A stretch of DNA of 64,000 bases from an uncultured virus (IMG/VR IMGVR_UViG_3300010365_001574) (Duplodnaviria > Heunggongvirae > Uroviricota > Caudoviricetes), in the IMG/VR virus record IMGVR_UViG_3300010365_001574; one strand, written 5' to 3'. The notes beneath the pieces are model-generated. The model was given only the letters and a program-made list of their open reading frames with translations. It was not told the DNA's origin and did no database searches. Below, piece by piece: positions 37,829-47,814 of this stretch. The stretch's first letter is position 1, and each line of letters begins with the position of its first letter. A program made the position numbers and the translations under genes.

Positions 37829-37834
37829 TATTAT

Positions 37835-37996
37835 TTATTTACTACTTTTATCAAAATTATCTAATAAGTTTTCTATCTTTTTCTTTCTTATAACATTCTT
37901 TGGAAAAATAGACATAGTATTTGTTATAGTGGCAGCACCAAATCCAGGATTTGCCACTATATCAAATGTTCTAATATTATATAGAGTGTAGTCCAT
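37835..37996 (-). CDS. 53-aa protein: prohead-protease-like peptide plus RKKKIENLL motif (not in ORF track)
   Basis: MDYTLYNIRTFDIVANPGFGAATITNTMSIFPKNVIRKKKIENLLDNFDKSSK. Confidence 0.65.
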   Translation of the reverse strand: MDYTLYNIRTFDIVANPGFGAATITNTMSIFPKNVIRKKKIENLLDNFDKSSK

Positions 37997-38342
37997 TTCC
38001 ATCATTTGCACTATTTATTGAGATAAGTTTAATTTGATGTTCATTATCACCTTTCTTTTTATAAAGGTCATTCCATCCTTTTGCCAATCCTCTTTTGAAT
38101 ATCTCTGTAAAGTAAGCAAAGGCATTAATTGATTTGTCTTCATTGAAATTATACCAGTTTTGAAACATATCCAATAGACCACTTTGGTAGCAATCTAATT
38201 TGTCATCATTTGACCAGTATCTCATTTTTTTGATTGTTTTCTTTGCTAAAAGTTCTAGCATCTTCTCAGCATTTCTTGTTAGTCTTCCCTGTGCTTTTGA
38301 CACTATGATCTCTATGTAGAGATCTTTATTGTTTAAATAAAT
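37977..38342 (-). CDS. gp55: Late sigma factor (T4 gp55-like), probable non-AUG start
   Basis: YLNNKDLYIEIIVSK..RYW..D..FN..KSINAFAYFTEI. The conserved YxNN segment lies upstream of the GTG at 38303 and no in-frame ATG exists. Confidence 0.75.
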   Translation of the reverse strand: MYLNNKDLYIEIIVSKAQGRLTRNAEKMLELLAKKTIKKMRYWSNDDKLDCYQSGLLDMFQNWYNFNEDKSINAFAYFTEIFKRGLAKGWNDLYKKKGDNEHQIKLISINSANDGNGLHSI

Positions 38343-38416
38343 AACCTTTAAATCATTTTTTATAAGAGTTAAACCTCTTTATTTACCTTTAATGGTTTCA
38401 TGTTATATATTTGTGA

Positions 38417-39070
38417 TTAATAAAGTTTAATAAAAAAGTAGCCTTTTTTAGATTTTTTTTCTTTTTCTATTAATTTATCTATTTGGTTTGAGTTAACACC
38501 AGTAAATTTAACTGCTTCTGATTTTTTAGAAAAAATAAAAACTTTATCATTATATAAAACCTTTATTTCACAAGATTTTGTCATTGATTGTTTTTCTATT
38601 GATTCTAAACTTCTTTTAGAACCTATTTTCTTACTTGATAATTTATTTCTATGTTCTTTAGTAAAAACTATACCTTTTCTAGATTCTGATAACTTCTTTT
38701 TAGTTTCATCTGACATCTTTTTACCAAGATTATAATTAATAATTGGATGATTCTTATCCAATTTTTTACCCCTTTGACCATCACCACCATCAGTTAGATT
38801 AGTTAGTAAAAATCCAGTATCTTTAAGTTCTTTTATAAGTTCAATTTCTCTATATAGTATATCATCATGATTATTAGAATTATATATAATCTCTATTAAT
38901 GGAGATTGTTGATTATCAATCAAAGACTTTATCCAATATGACTTATGAGTTTTAACACCTTTCTTAGCATCTCTTATGTGTTCCCACAATCTTCTTTTAG
39001 GATTATTTGAATAACCTACATATCTAATATCTAAACTATTTGGATCTTTTAAAACATAAAGTGAATACAT
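38417..39070 (-). CDS. GIY-YIG homing endonuclease
   Basis: LYVLKDP..RYVGYS..RLWEH..LTNLTDGGDG; start at ATG 39070. Confidence 0.85.
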   Translation of the reverse strand: MYSLYVLKDPNSLDIRYVGYSNNPKRRLWEHIRDAKKGVKTHKSYWIKSLIDNQQSPLIEIIYNSNNHDDILYREIELIKELKDTGFLLTNLTDGGDGQRGKKLDKNHPIINYNLGKKMSDETKKKLSESRKGIVFTKEHRNKLSSKKIGSKRSLESIEKQSMTKSCEIKVLYNDKVFIFSKKSEAVKFTGVNSNQIDKLIEKEKKSKKGYFFIKLY

Positions 39071-39082
39071 AACATATATATT

Positions 39083-39118
39083 AAAAAAAATACTCAAACT
39101 TTCATTTGAGTATTTTTT
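39083..39118. terminator. Intrinsic terminator
   Basis: aaaaaaaaTACTCAAActttcaTTTGAGTAtttttt. Confidence 0.75.
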
Positions 39119-39134
39119 ATATGTTTTAGAATGA

Positions 39135-40415
39135 TTATCCTCTAACTCTTTCTTTGTATTGTAATTCTTTAACTGATTGTAATTCAGTGTTAAGATTTGT
39201 ACTTCTTTTCTCTAAGTTTTTAAGAGCAGTAGTTAAAGTTTCTGATTCACCAATCATTTGAATAGAACCTTTAATTTTATCAATGTTAAAGTTAATATCT
39301 TCTAATTTAAGAGTAATTTCTCTTTCTTTATCTTCAAGTTTTCTTTTAACAATTAACTCTTTACCTAATTTATTTTCATAGAAGTAAGTTAAGTCACAGT
39401 TTAATTCATTTCTTACTTCATTTACCAATTCTAAAGCTGATTCATATTTGAAGAATGAATTACCATATCTTTCATCACATCTGTAAACAAATGTATTGTT
39501 TTTATAATTGAATGCAAATACTTCTAAATAAGGATTGATTAAGTTGTTAACTCTTTTAACAACATCTAATTCAACAAATTTATCTAAGTTTTTAGAAGTT
39601 TCTAATAAAACTGGATAAAAGTTTTTGTTTACAATTGGAACAATTGGAGAATTGAATAAACTCTCTAATGTAGTTTCACCATTTAATTCATCATCATTAA
39701 TGAAAAGTGCTTTTTTACCAACTCCTAAACCAATAGTCATATACTCAGAAATTCTGAAATTAATTCTATTTTCAGTAACTGATGCATATTTCATAGCAGT
39801 TTCTAAAGTTCTTAAACTTTGTAAAGCCTCTAAATCTTTAACATGATTTTCCAATAAAGTTTTTTCAATTGAATTTTCAGTTAATAAAAACCAAGAATCT
39901 CTAACTAATGCAATGTGTCCTTCTTCAACTTGCTCAACAATTGTAAAAATTGATTCAGCATTACCACCACTTAAAAGATTATTTCTTTTTTCTGGAGATT
40001 TAGTTAAGTTATGAACAAATACTTTAATTTCTGGAACCCAGTCATAAACTGCTAACTCATTAAGAACTTTTGACATTCTATCTTGATCAGTCTCTAAATT
40101 AATAGTTTGTAGTAAAACATTTATAGGTTGTCTATAAAGCTCACCTTGATTTTTAGAATTAAGAACACTGTATAGGTTTTTTAATTCATATAACAATTCA
40201 TAGTTTGCCATGTCATCATTAAGGTTCTCTAATAAAGATTTAACTTCCTTATCATAAGTATAAGGTTTTAATCTTTCATTAAGTGACGTAATTATAGTTT
40301 TTTCAGAGTGTTGATTACAAGCATTCATATGGCTTTCCACAATTACAAATATCTCTTCCTGGTCTAAAGCAAGATCCTTTTTGAAGTTAAACAATTCAAG
40401 TTTAAGATTCTTCAT
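39135..40415 (-). CDS. Hypothetical late protein with C-terminal coiled coil
   Basis: ORF track; late core upstream; codon usage like the head genes. Confidence 0.75.
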   Translation of the reverse strand: MKNLKLELFNFKKDLALDQEEIFVIVESHMNACNQHSEKTIITSLNERLKPYTYDKEVKSLLENLNDDMANYELLYELKNLYSVLNSKNQGELYRQPINVLLQTINLETDQDRMSKVLNELAVYDWVPEIKVFVHNLTKSPEKRNNLLSGGNAESIFTIVEQVEEGHIALVRDSWFLLTENSIEKTLLENHVKDLEALQSLRTLETAMKYASVTENRINFRISEYMTIGLGVGKKALFINDDELNGETTLESLFNSPIVPIVNKNFYPVLLETSKNLDKFVELDVVKRVNNLINPYLEVFAFNYKNNTFVYRCDERYGNSFFKYESALELVNEVRNELNCDLTYFYENKLGKELIVKRKLEDKEREITLKLEDINFNIDKIKGSIQMIGESETLTTALKNLEKRSTNLNTELQSVKELQYKERVRG

Positions 40416-40480
40416 ATTATTAAATATTATTTTTTTTATATACTATATATTTATATTAAAAAGCCATTTTTTACCACTTT

Positions 40481-41389
40481 TTACAAATCATTATTAGTAT
40501 TCCTATTCTGTATTCCTCTTGTTCCAGGATTATCATTTCTTGCATTAGATTGTTCTCTTGCTCTTAATATATTATTAAACCACCTTGTTCTTTTTGGTTG
40601 TAAAAAGTAATCAGCTTGATTATAATAACTTGATTGAGTAGAACCTGGTTGGTTAAAGTAATCAGAGAAACCACCATCAATTGAAAATCCATTCATATCT
40701 GATTGTCCTGTTCCTTTTGAATATCCTGGCATATCAATTCTATCTTTTCTAAATGCAGGATAATAAGTTTGAACTTCAAAAGAAACTTTTAACTTAACCA
40801 TGTTATCACTAGAAAGATTTTTTTCTCTTGATATTTCTATACCATTTGTATCAGGCATCAAAATAACAGCATCTATATTCATAAAGTTGTGTTCAAAATA
40901 CATAAACTTATAAATCCATAAAGTGTCCATAACTGATTGACTACACTTAAATATATCTAACTCACTTGCTAATAATATTTCCAAATCATAAGTTACTGAA
41001 ACTGGAACAGATCTAACTCTTCCAATTAATTTTTTAATCTCAACCTCATTTTCAACAACTGTTCTTAACCAAACATTTGGATTTGCATACTCATCAGCTC
41101 TGATGTTAAATCCAGTCATTGTTACATGACCTCTTGGTATCATATCAGTATTTAATTCAACATATCTACCATTACCTTCTGAATCACCAGAAACTATATC
41201 ATCAACAAATGAATCTAATAAAAATCTCTCATCACCTGTCATTGAATAGTAGAAAGGTACATTCACATATTTATCACCTGATGAAAATCTATTAATCCAC
41301 TTTACTTGTCCTTCTAATGTATCTAATACGCAAATGGTTAGATCACGAAAGAAGACATCATCCATATTGTATCTCTCACCTATTGACAT
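40481..41389 (-). CDS. gp15: Tail sheath stabiliser/terminator (T4 gp15-like)
   Basis: VPFYY..RFL..IPR..SVPVSVTYDLEI..F.V.TY pattern. Confidence 0.55.
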   Translation of the reverse strand: MSIGERYNMDDVFFRDLTICVLDTLEGQVKWINRFSSGDKYVNVPFYYSMTGDERFLLDSFVDDIVSGDSEGNGRYVELNTDMIPRGHVTMTGFNIRADEYANPNVWLRTVVENEVEIKKLIGRVRSVPVSVTYDLEILLASELDIFKCSQSVMDTLWIYKFMYFEHNFMNIDAVILMPDTNGIEISREKNLSSDNMVKLKVSFEVQTYYPAFRKDRIDMPGYSKGTGQSDMNGFSIDGGFSDYFNQPGSTQSSYYNQADYFLQPKRTRWFNNILRAREQSNARNDNPGTRGIQNRNTNNDL

Positions 41390-42294
41390 AATCTATTATT
41401 TATTTTTTTAAAATCAGACTCCCAGATAGAGACTATTTTATAACCTAGTGATTTTAAGCATTCCTCTCTCTCAATTGTTTTTTTATACAATTCACCATAT
41501 TTAATACCATTAACTTTATTTATATCATCTCCTTTATATATATTAGGATTACCATGCCAAAAATCACCATTAAACTCATATATTATATTTTCATCTAAAT
41601 TAATACCATCTACATAAAACTTATCTATCTTGTATTGTCTATAATCTTTATGTATACCAAAACTATCTAACCAAATATTTTCCAATATACCACCATTTCT
41701 ATTACACTTTGAACAACCTCTTCCATTTAAGTGTGAATTTGGTGTCATTGTAAAATCACCATGTTCTTTACAAACTATTGTTACTTTTGTGTTTGAGTCT
41801 AAGTATTTTAGTTTTGAATAATCATATTTACTATTATGCAATATATCTGATTTTTCAATAAATTGTAGAGTAGTTAGTTTACCTTTACCAATTGAATTAC
41901 ATTTTACACATCCACCTGTTTTAGAAGATAAGTGTTTTTCTGGGGTTTGTAAAAATTCTATATTGTGTTCTTTACATGTTATGATAACTTTTTCTTTCAT
42001 TTTAACATAATCAACTTTGGAATAATCATATTTAAAATTATGTTTAATATTGAATTTATTTAATAACTCATCTATATTGTTTTTTCTTAAATTGATCCTT
42101 TTAATTATACCACAAGTTGGACAACCACTTCTATAATGTACAGAAGGTAACTGATAAAAAATTCCATGTTCCAAACAATTTATTGAAATCAAAGACTTCT
42201 CACTAACATATTCGGTATTTGAATAGTCATATCTATTACCATGTTTTGATGTTGATTTTAAAATAAATTCTTGTGTTGTTAATCTTTTAGACAT
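41380..42294 (-). CDS. Homing endonuclease, CxEHG repeats plus Vsr-like domain; paralog of 11835-12734
   Basis: YVDG..YEFNGDFWHGNP..IWESD. Confidence 0.8.
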   Translation of the reverse strand: MSKRLTTQEFILKSTSKHGNRYDYSNTEYVSEKSLISINCLEHGIFYQLPSVHYRSGCPTCGIIKRINLRKNNIDELLNKFNIKHNFKYDYSKVDYVKMKEKVIITCKEHNIEFLQTPEKHLSSKTGGCVKCNSIGKGKLTTLQFIEKSDILHNSKYDYSKLKYLDSNTKVTIVCKEHGDFTMTPNSHLNGRGCSKCNRNGGILENIWLDSFGIHKDYRQYKIDKFYVDGINLDENIIYEFNGDFWHGNPNIYKGDDINKVNGIKYGELYKKTIEREECLKSLGYKIVSIWESDFKKINNRLCQ

Positions 42295-42342
42295 AAAGTA
42301 TATATTAAAAATTAACTCTCTAAAAAAATAATATATACAAAT

Positions 42343-42957
42343 ATGAAATACTTAAAAATATTTGAAGATTTTAATAATGAATTTCCTGATGTATTCAATG
42401 GAACTTTAAGAAGAGGTGTTAAAATTGATAAAGATGAATATATTGATAATCCTAAGTCACGTAAAATTAGCAGTGGAAACTCTGATGAAGAACATTATGT
42501 AGAATTTCTTAAAAATTATTCTAAATTAGGAATACCTGATCCAACCAAGTCAATACATATGTATTTTAGGTTAATATCAAGTAATGATTGGTATGGAAAT
42601 CAATATAATATTATTCCTGAAAAAGATGCAGTATTTGGATTTTGCAAACACATAGACTGTGGTAATGGAACTTTAGGAAATACCTATTTTGGAGTTGATA
42701 AAATTACAAAAGAATATAAAATTAAAGTCACTATTAAAGATATTGATAGTTATGATGATTATGATAATTATTTTACTGACTATTATGAAGATAAAAATAA
42801 ATATCTTGAAGAGATTACTGAGTATCAAAAAAAATTAATAGACTTAGATTTAGTTGGTATTTTAACATATGATGAACTCATCAAAATGTCTAAAGAAGAA
42901 GGTGAAACACTACAGGTTTGGACTGAATCACCTTGTTTACATAAAAAGGTAATTTAA
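42343..42957 (+). CDS. CTS-leader protein, possible ADP-ribosyltransferase-like fold
   Basis: MKYLKIFEDF; LRRG..SIHMY..YGNQYNIIP..QVW; weak similarity to 43978-44898. Confidence 0.45.
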   Translation: MKYLKIFEDFNNEFPDVFNGTLRRGVKIDKDEYIDNPKSRKISSGNSDEEHYVEFLKNYSKLGIPDPTKSIHMYFRLISSNDWYGNQYNIIPEKDAVFGFCKHIDCGNGTLGNTYFGVDKITKEYKIKVTIKDIDSYDDYDNYFTDYYEDKNKYLEEITEYQKKLIDLDLVGILTYDELIKMSKEEGETLQVWTESPCLHKKVI

Positions 42958-43009
42958 AAATCAATAAACTTTAATTAAAAATTACTGTATATCATGTAAA
43001 GAAAATTAT

Positions 43010-43981
43010 ATGTCAGTAAATAAATTATTATTGTGGGAAAAATATCGTCCAAAGAATATGGAAGATGTTATCTTACTACCAAGAATAAGAGAACAATTCA
43101 AAGATGGTGTCACTCAACACTATATCTTTCATGGTCACTATGGAACTGGTAAAACCAGTTTAGCAAGAATACTTATAGGTAAATACTCAAAAGAAACCGC
43201 ATTCTTAGAACTTAATTGTTCTTTTGATACTTCTATTGATGTTCTTAGAACTCAGATTGATGACTTTTGTAAATTCTCATCAATAATGGATGTGAACTCA
43301 GATGTAAAGTATGTATTCTTAGATGAGTTTGAAAGAGTTTCTGCAAACTTCCAAGATGCATTTAAAGCATTTATTGAGAAGTATAATAAGAATGTTAGAT
43401 TTATCATAACAACCAATCACATAAATAAAATATCTGATGGATTAAAGTCAAGAATTAAATTGATTGACTTTGATGTTCAAGGATTAGAAGAAGAGAAATT
43501 CTTAAAACAAGAAATCTATAAAAAGATTACTAACACAGTTCTACCTAATGAAGGTGGTGAAATACCTAAAGAAGATTTAATTTCAATTATAAATAAGAAG
43601 TTTCCAGATTTCAGGTCTGTAATGGTTGAAGTTCAAGGTTATTTAGAAACGGGTACATTAAGTAGTGGTGCAAGTAATATATCAAACAAAGTCAAATTAG
43701 ACTTATACAAAAGCTTATATGATGATTTAGACTATGAACAAATCTATCACTTCTTAATGTCTAACTTTGGTGCAGAGAAGATACACTCAATGTTAACTCT
43801 TTTGGGTAAACCATTTGTTGAGTGGGCCTTTAATGAGAAAAGAGAAGACATATCTAAATTATTTGAGACAAGTTATGTAGTAACTGAGTTTACACCTAAA
43901 TTAGATAGTGCAATTGATCCTATAATATTAGGAATGACCGTAGTAGGAAAATTTAGAGATATATTAAAAAACCCAGTTTAA
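43010..43981 (+). CDS. gp44: Clamp loader AAA+ subunit (T4 gp44/RFC-like)
   Basis: WEKYRP, GHYGTGKTS, FLDEFE, LKSR, FPDFR. Confidence 0.92.
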   Translation: MSVNKLLLWEKYRPKNMEDVILLPRIREQFKDGVTQHYIFHGHYGTGKTSLARILIGKYSKETAFLELNCSFDTSIDVLRTQIDDFCKFSSIMDVNSDVKYVFLDEFERVSANFQDAFKAFIEKYNKNVRFIITTNHINKISDGLKSRIKLIDFDVQGLEEEKFLKQEIYKKITNTVLPNEGGEIPKEDLISIINKKFPDFRSVMVEVQGYLETGTLSSGASNISNKVKLDLYKSLYDDLDYEQIYHFLMSNFGAEKIHSMLTLLGKPFVEWAFNEKREDISKLFETSYVVTEFTPKLDSAIDPIILGMTVVGKFRDILKNPV

Positions 43982-44898
43982 TCTGGGTTATTTTTTTTAT
44001 ATTCATCTAAGTTTTTATCATTTAAGTATTCTAAATATTTATGATAGAATGCTGGGTCAACTAAATAATATTTATCACAAACAAATGTTATTTCTTGGTC
44101 AACTATCTTATCCATTTGATTATTAACATATCCATATACTATATTCTCTAATCTTTCTTGTAATTCTTTATGTGCTTCTTCCATATAATCCTCAAGACTA
44201 CAAGCAGGTTCCCAATCTAAAAGTTTTTGAACATATTCAAATGACTTATTTGACAATTCTACATTATCTTCTTTAACTCTCTTAACTGCAGTTATAATAT
44301 CATTATCATACTCAAGTCCATCATAACACCAATCACCATTATTACCAGGACCATATTGCCATTCCCAATCACTTTCATTATAATAGTACCAAGGTTCTCC
44401 TTCAATATCACCATATAAATCTTTTACATCTGGATTCCAAAAGTATTCATAATCACCAATTGGGAAAAATAAATAAGGTCTACCATAATCACTTGCAACT
44501 GTTGGTAGTTTAGAAGCAAAAACACCACTACTTCTTAATTTAAGTCCAAATTTTTCTTCAAAACAATTATCTAAAATTGTTGACACTTCCTTTCTAGTAT
44601 CAAGTGGTGTTCTATCAATTCTAGCACCTTTAACACCAATACCTTTTGTATAAGTATCATCAACATTTTTTGCACCTCTAAAAATAGGACCTACTTTACT
44701 TTCTTTTACTTCATCTAGAAATTGTTTACACTCATCCTCTAATATAGATATAATTTCCTGAAATTCTTCATCATCATATTCTTCCTCTTTATATCTTTTC
44801 TCTGTCCAAGTAATAAAACTACCTAAACTTGAAAATCTTGGTGAAGAGGAACTACCAAACCCGGATGAGAAAAACTCATATGTTTTCATATATTTCAT
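43978..44898 (-). CDS. CTS-leader protein, possible ADP-ribosyltransferase-like fold
   Basis: MKYMKTYEFF; IFRG..RTPLDT..RSSGVFAS..YGRPYLFFP..QEITF (R-S-E-like order). Confidence 0.5.
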   Translation of the reverse strand: MKYMKTYEFFSSGFGSSSSPRFSSLGSFITWTEKRYKEEEYDDEEFQEIISILEDECKQFLDEVKESKVGPIFRGAKNVDDTYTKGIGVKGARIDRTPLDTRKEVSTILDNCFEEKFGLKLRSSGVFASKLPTVASDYGRPYLFFPIGDYEYFWNPDVKDLYGDIEGEPWYYYNESDWEWQYGPGNNGDWCYDGLEYDNDIITAVKRVKEDNVELSNKSFEYVQKLLDWEPACSLEDYMEEAHKELQERLENIVYGYVNNQMDKIVDQEITFVCDKYYLVDPAFYHKYLEYLNDKNLDEYKKNNPD

Positions 44899-44930
44899 AA
44901 ATGTATATATAAAATTTTTATATATAATTA

Positions 44931-45065
44931 ATGAAAATATGTAATAGATGTAATATTGAAAAGGAATTAATATCTTTTTGTAAAAACTTATCTAAAAAAG
45001 ATGGTTTAGAAATATATTGTACAAATAGGTATATAAAAAAAGATAGTATTAATTATGTCCAATAA
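44931..45065 (+). pseudogene. Remnant of an HNH endonuclease (Zn-finger N-terminus only)
   Basis: MKICNRCNIEKELISFCKNLSKKDGLEIYC, near-identical to the start of 59031-59741 (shared tgtaatattgaaaaggaatta). Confidence 0.65.
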
Positions 45066-45435
45066 CTTTAACTTTATAGACTTTTATATACATTACCCAG
45101 GACATCCTGACTATATACCATTAGAAATAATAGAAGATGATGTAGTAAAAGTTATCATACAAAAGTATGAAATGATACTATTCACAAATAAAGGGGAAGT
45201 ATTAGGTGAACCTAACTTTGGTGGTGATCTTACATTACTATTACATGAAACAAAACTATCATCAGAATCAGTTCAAGGTGAACTAATGGCACAAATTGCA
45301 GATTATATACCAGAGATTGATAGTATGAATTATGAGTTAGTTGTAAATTTTTATGATGATCCAGAAAACTATCAAGAGTATATGGAAATTAATTTTACAA
45401 TTAATGGATATGAAGTTTATGCAACTATAACATAA
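45055..45435 (+). CDS. gp25: Baseplate wedge protein (gp25-like)
   Basis: ILFTNKGEVLGEPNFGGDL..IADYIPEI. Confidence 0.8.
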   Translation: MSNNFNFIDFYIHYPGHPDYIPLEIIEDDVVKVIIQKYEMILFTNKGEVLGEPNFGGDLTLLLHETKLSSESVQGELMAQIADYIPEIDSMNYELVVNFYDDPENYQEYMEINFTINGYEVYATIT

Positions 45436-45769
45436 CCCAGTTATACTCTGGGTTTTTTTGTATAACAGAATCCCAAAAACCATCACTAACATCTTGGTCA
45501 ATAAATATACTAAACTCTTTATCAATATTACTAAGTATAATACCAATTACTTTTTTAGAAAAACCTTTCTCATCTGTTGAATTAACAATAGATTTAATAG
45601 TAATAGAGTTATCTGTAAATTTTAACATAAGTGCCTTAATTGGTTCTTTAGAATCAATTCTAACCAATGGATTACCCAACTTATTAAGTTTAGTGGATAA
45701 GTATAAACTATTTTTTGATAGTTTTTTATATGTAAATATTTCTGATATTTCTTTTATAAGATTCTGCAT
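45425..45769 (-). CDS. Small protein, possible GNAT fold
   Basis: IKSIVN..KGFSKKVI..SDGFW; start moved to ATG 45769 just after TATCTTTG. Confidence 0.45.
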   Translation of the reverse strand: MQNLIKEISEIFTYKKLSKNSLYLSTKLNKLGNPLVRIDSKEPIKALMLKFTDNSITIKSIVNSTDEKGFSKKVIGIILSNIDKEFSIFIDQDVSDGFWDSVIQKNPEYNWVML

Positions 45770-45773
45770 CTTA

Positions 45774-45781
45774 CAAAGATA
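45774..45781 (-). promoter_or_regulatory. Bacteroidota -7 element TATCTTTG
   Basis: TAnnTTTG, 4 nt before the ATG. Confidence 0.6.
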
Positions 45782-45786
45782 AGGAA

Positions 45787-46407
45787 TTATTTTATAGGAC
45801 AATAAGTTGCAGAGTAAATATAATTATTATCTCTTCTAATTTTAACACCAAAAGTTTTTGCAGCAGTTTCCACATCTAAATAACATTCTTGGTCAGAACC
45901 ACCAACCATTACAACTTCTTTACCTTTTAAGTCAGTAAACAACTCTTGTAGTTTTTTAGGTAGATGATACCACTTATGATTGTTACCAATATAGATAAGG
46001 TAGGTATCTTCTGTAGTTTTGAAGAAATCACCTCTTTTTAATTGATGATTATCTTCTTTTTGTTTAATATCATTAAATACCTTTTCATCTAAAATCTTTT
46101 TATAGAAATCTGCATCAACATCATAATTATATCTTTTCTCAATCATATCTCTTTGATTAGGAAAACTATATAAATCATTATGAACTGGAATATCTGGATT
46201 CTCATCATATAGATAATCTTTATCTACATTCTTACCATCAATATGATTATCCCATATTTGATAAACATCTTTAAAACTCTGGCAATATTTATTAAGAGCC
46301 GTTATATAATTATCAGTGAAAAACTTTTTAAAAGACTTCTGAACATCAACTATAATTAAGATTCCATTACCTTTATTAAAATCTTCATATATTTTCAAAT
46401 GTCTCAT
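45787..46407 (-). CDS. Isochorismatase/nicotinamidase-family cysteine hydrolase with CTS-like leader
   Basis: LIIVDVQ, WDNH, IEKRY, VVMVGGSDQECY. Confidence 0.7.
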   Translation of the reverse strand: MRHLKIYEDFNKGNGILIIVDVQKSFKKFFTDNYITALNKYCQSFKDVYQIWDNHIDGKNVDKDYLYDENPDIPVHNDLYSFPNQRDMIEKRYNYDVDADFYKKILDEKVFNDIKQKEDNHQLKRGDFFKTTEDTYLIYIGNNHKWYHLPKKLQELFTDLKGKEVVMVGGSDQECYLDVETAAKTFGVKIRRDNNYIYSATYCPIK

Positions 46408-47814
46408 TTATAAAGAATATTTATTTTTTAAGAATTGTATAAATCTATCAGTACCTTCAAGTGCAGAGTCAATCTCTCTTGAATAAAGGTGTCTATCAGT
46501 TAATTGATATTTTGCATCATCCCAACTCCATCTAGATGCAACTCTTTCAAAGAAACTTCTAACTGAATATAGATACCTTTTTTGTGAAAGAAGTTCAGTA
46601 ATTGTTGTTAAATCTGCCAGTAATGACTCATAATCATATAAAGTCTCAATCTTATAATTAGATACATACTTAAAAATAAGATTATTTATCTCCATAATAT
46701 TATTAAACACTTTAACAGGTCTATAATCTTTTGTACTTTCTGCATGTGAATTAAGATATGATTTGGTTAACTCTAAACTTTTACTAATTCTAATTTTATA
46801 TTCCTTCATACTATTAATATATGATTGAATATTATAATTTATATTATTTACTTTATTTGTTAATGCATTTCTATTCGCTTCACTATTATCTTTTTGTAAA
46901 GAAATCATAATATCATAAACTTCTTCACCAACTGTATTTATCTTACGCATAGAATCAACATCACTAGAAGGATATATTGCAAATAATGCAAAATTATTAC
47001 ATAATAATCTTGAAACAAGTTTATGTAGGTTCTTAATATCATCTAAGTTACCTTTAATTTTACTTCTTTCTATAAGACCATCAAAATATCTTCTAATGTT
47101 TTGGTCTTTAATATCTTCATTACTTTGTAGAGCAACTGCATCTTCCTTACTTTTCTCTCTTTCTTTTCTTGTTATTTCAGTACTTTTTACTTTTTCAGAT
47201 TTCTTTTTCAACTTATCTAAATCAAGTACCAATGCAAAATTAGCTTCTCTTAATGACTTCTCCATATTAGACTCAACCCAATACCATCCAGAAGCACTAA
47301 TTGAACCATAACTTATACCAACTGTTCTATCATATCTGTATGGACTTACACTATCATAAGTAACACCATTTGTTGCAGTTTTTGTAATATACTTTTTATC
47401 AGCACTAAACCAAAATTTAAGATATTTCCATTTTTCTTTAAATGGTTCAATTCCTGTACCATTACAATTTGGACATTCCATAACTCTAATACGACCAGCT
47501 CCCCAAGTTCTTTTTAATTTACCATCCTCACATTTTTCACCAGGTATTCCCACACTAGAACCAAATTCACTTTCAGATGTTGCACTACATTTTTTTTGTA
47601 CTGGGTCTTTATGACGTGTAAGTGCTTTTTTATAAGGTAGATATTCAAATAAATCATCACTTATTTCAGATAATGGAAAATTCATTGAATTACATAGTGA
47701 TTTTATATCTTGTAGAAATCTACTTCTATATTCTTTATTAATAAACTTTAATGTCTTAGATAATTTACTAGACTCAAATGCTTCAAAAAGTTGTATATAT
47801 TTTAAGTCTTTCAT
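46408..47814 (-). CDS. Hypothetical protein with CTS-like leader and CxxCxGxG zinc finger
   Basis: MKDLKYIQLFEAFES; CPNCNGTG. Confidence 0.7.
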   Translation of the reverse strand: MKDLKYIQLFEAFESSKLSKTLKFINKEYRSRFLQDIKSLCNSMNFPLSEISDDLFEYLPYKKALTRHKDPVQKKCSATSESEFGSSVGIPGEKCEDGKLKRTWGAGRIRVMECPNCNGTGIEPFKEKWKYLKFWFSADKKYITKTATNGVTYDSVSPYRYDRTVGISYGSISASGWYWVESNMEKSLREANFALVLDLDKLKKKSEKVKSTEITRKEREKSKEDAVALQSNEDIKDQNIRRYFDGLIERSKIKGNLDDIKNLHKLVSRLLCNNFALFAIYPSSDVDSMRKINTVGEEVYDIMISLQKDNSEANRNALTNKVNNINYNIQSYINSMKEYKIRISKSLELTKSYLNSHAESTKDYRPVKVFNNIMEINNLIFKYVSNYKIETLYDYESLLADLTTITELLSQKRYLYSVRSFFERVASRWSWDDAKYQLTDRHLYSREIDSALEGTDRFIQFLKNKYSL

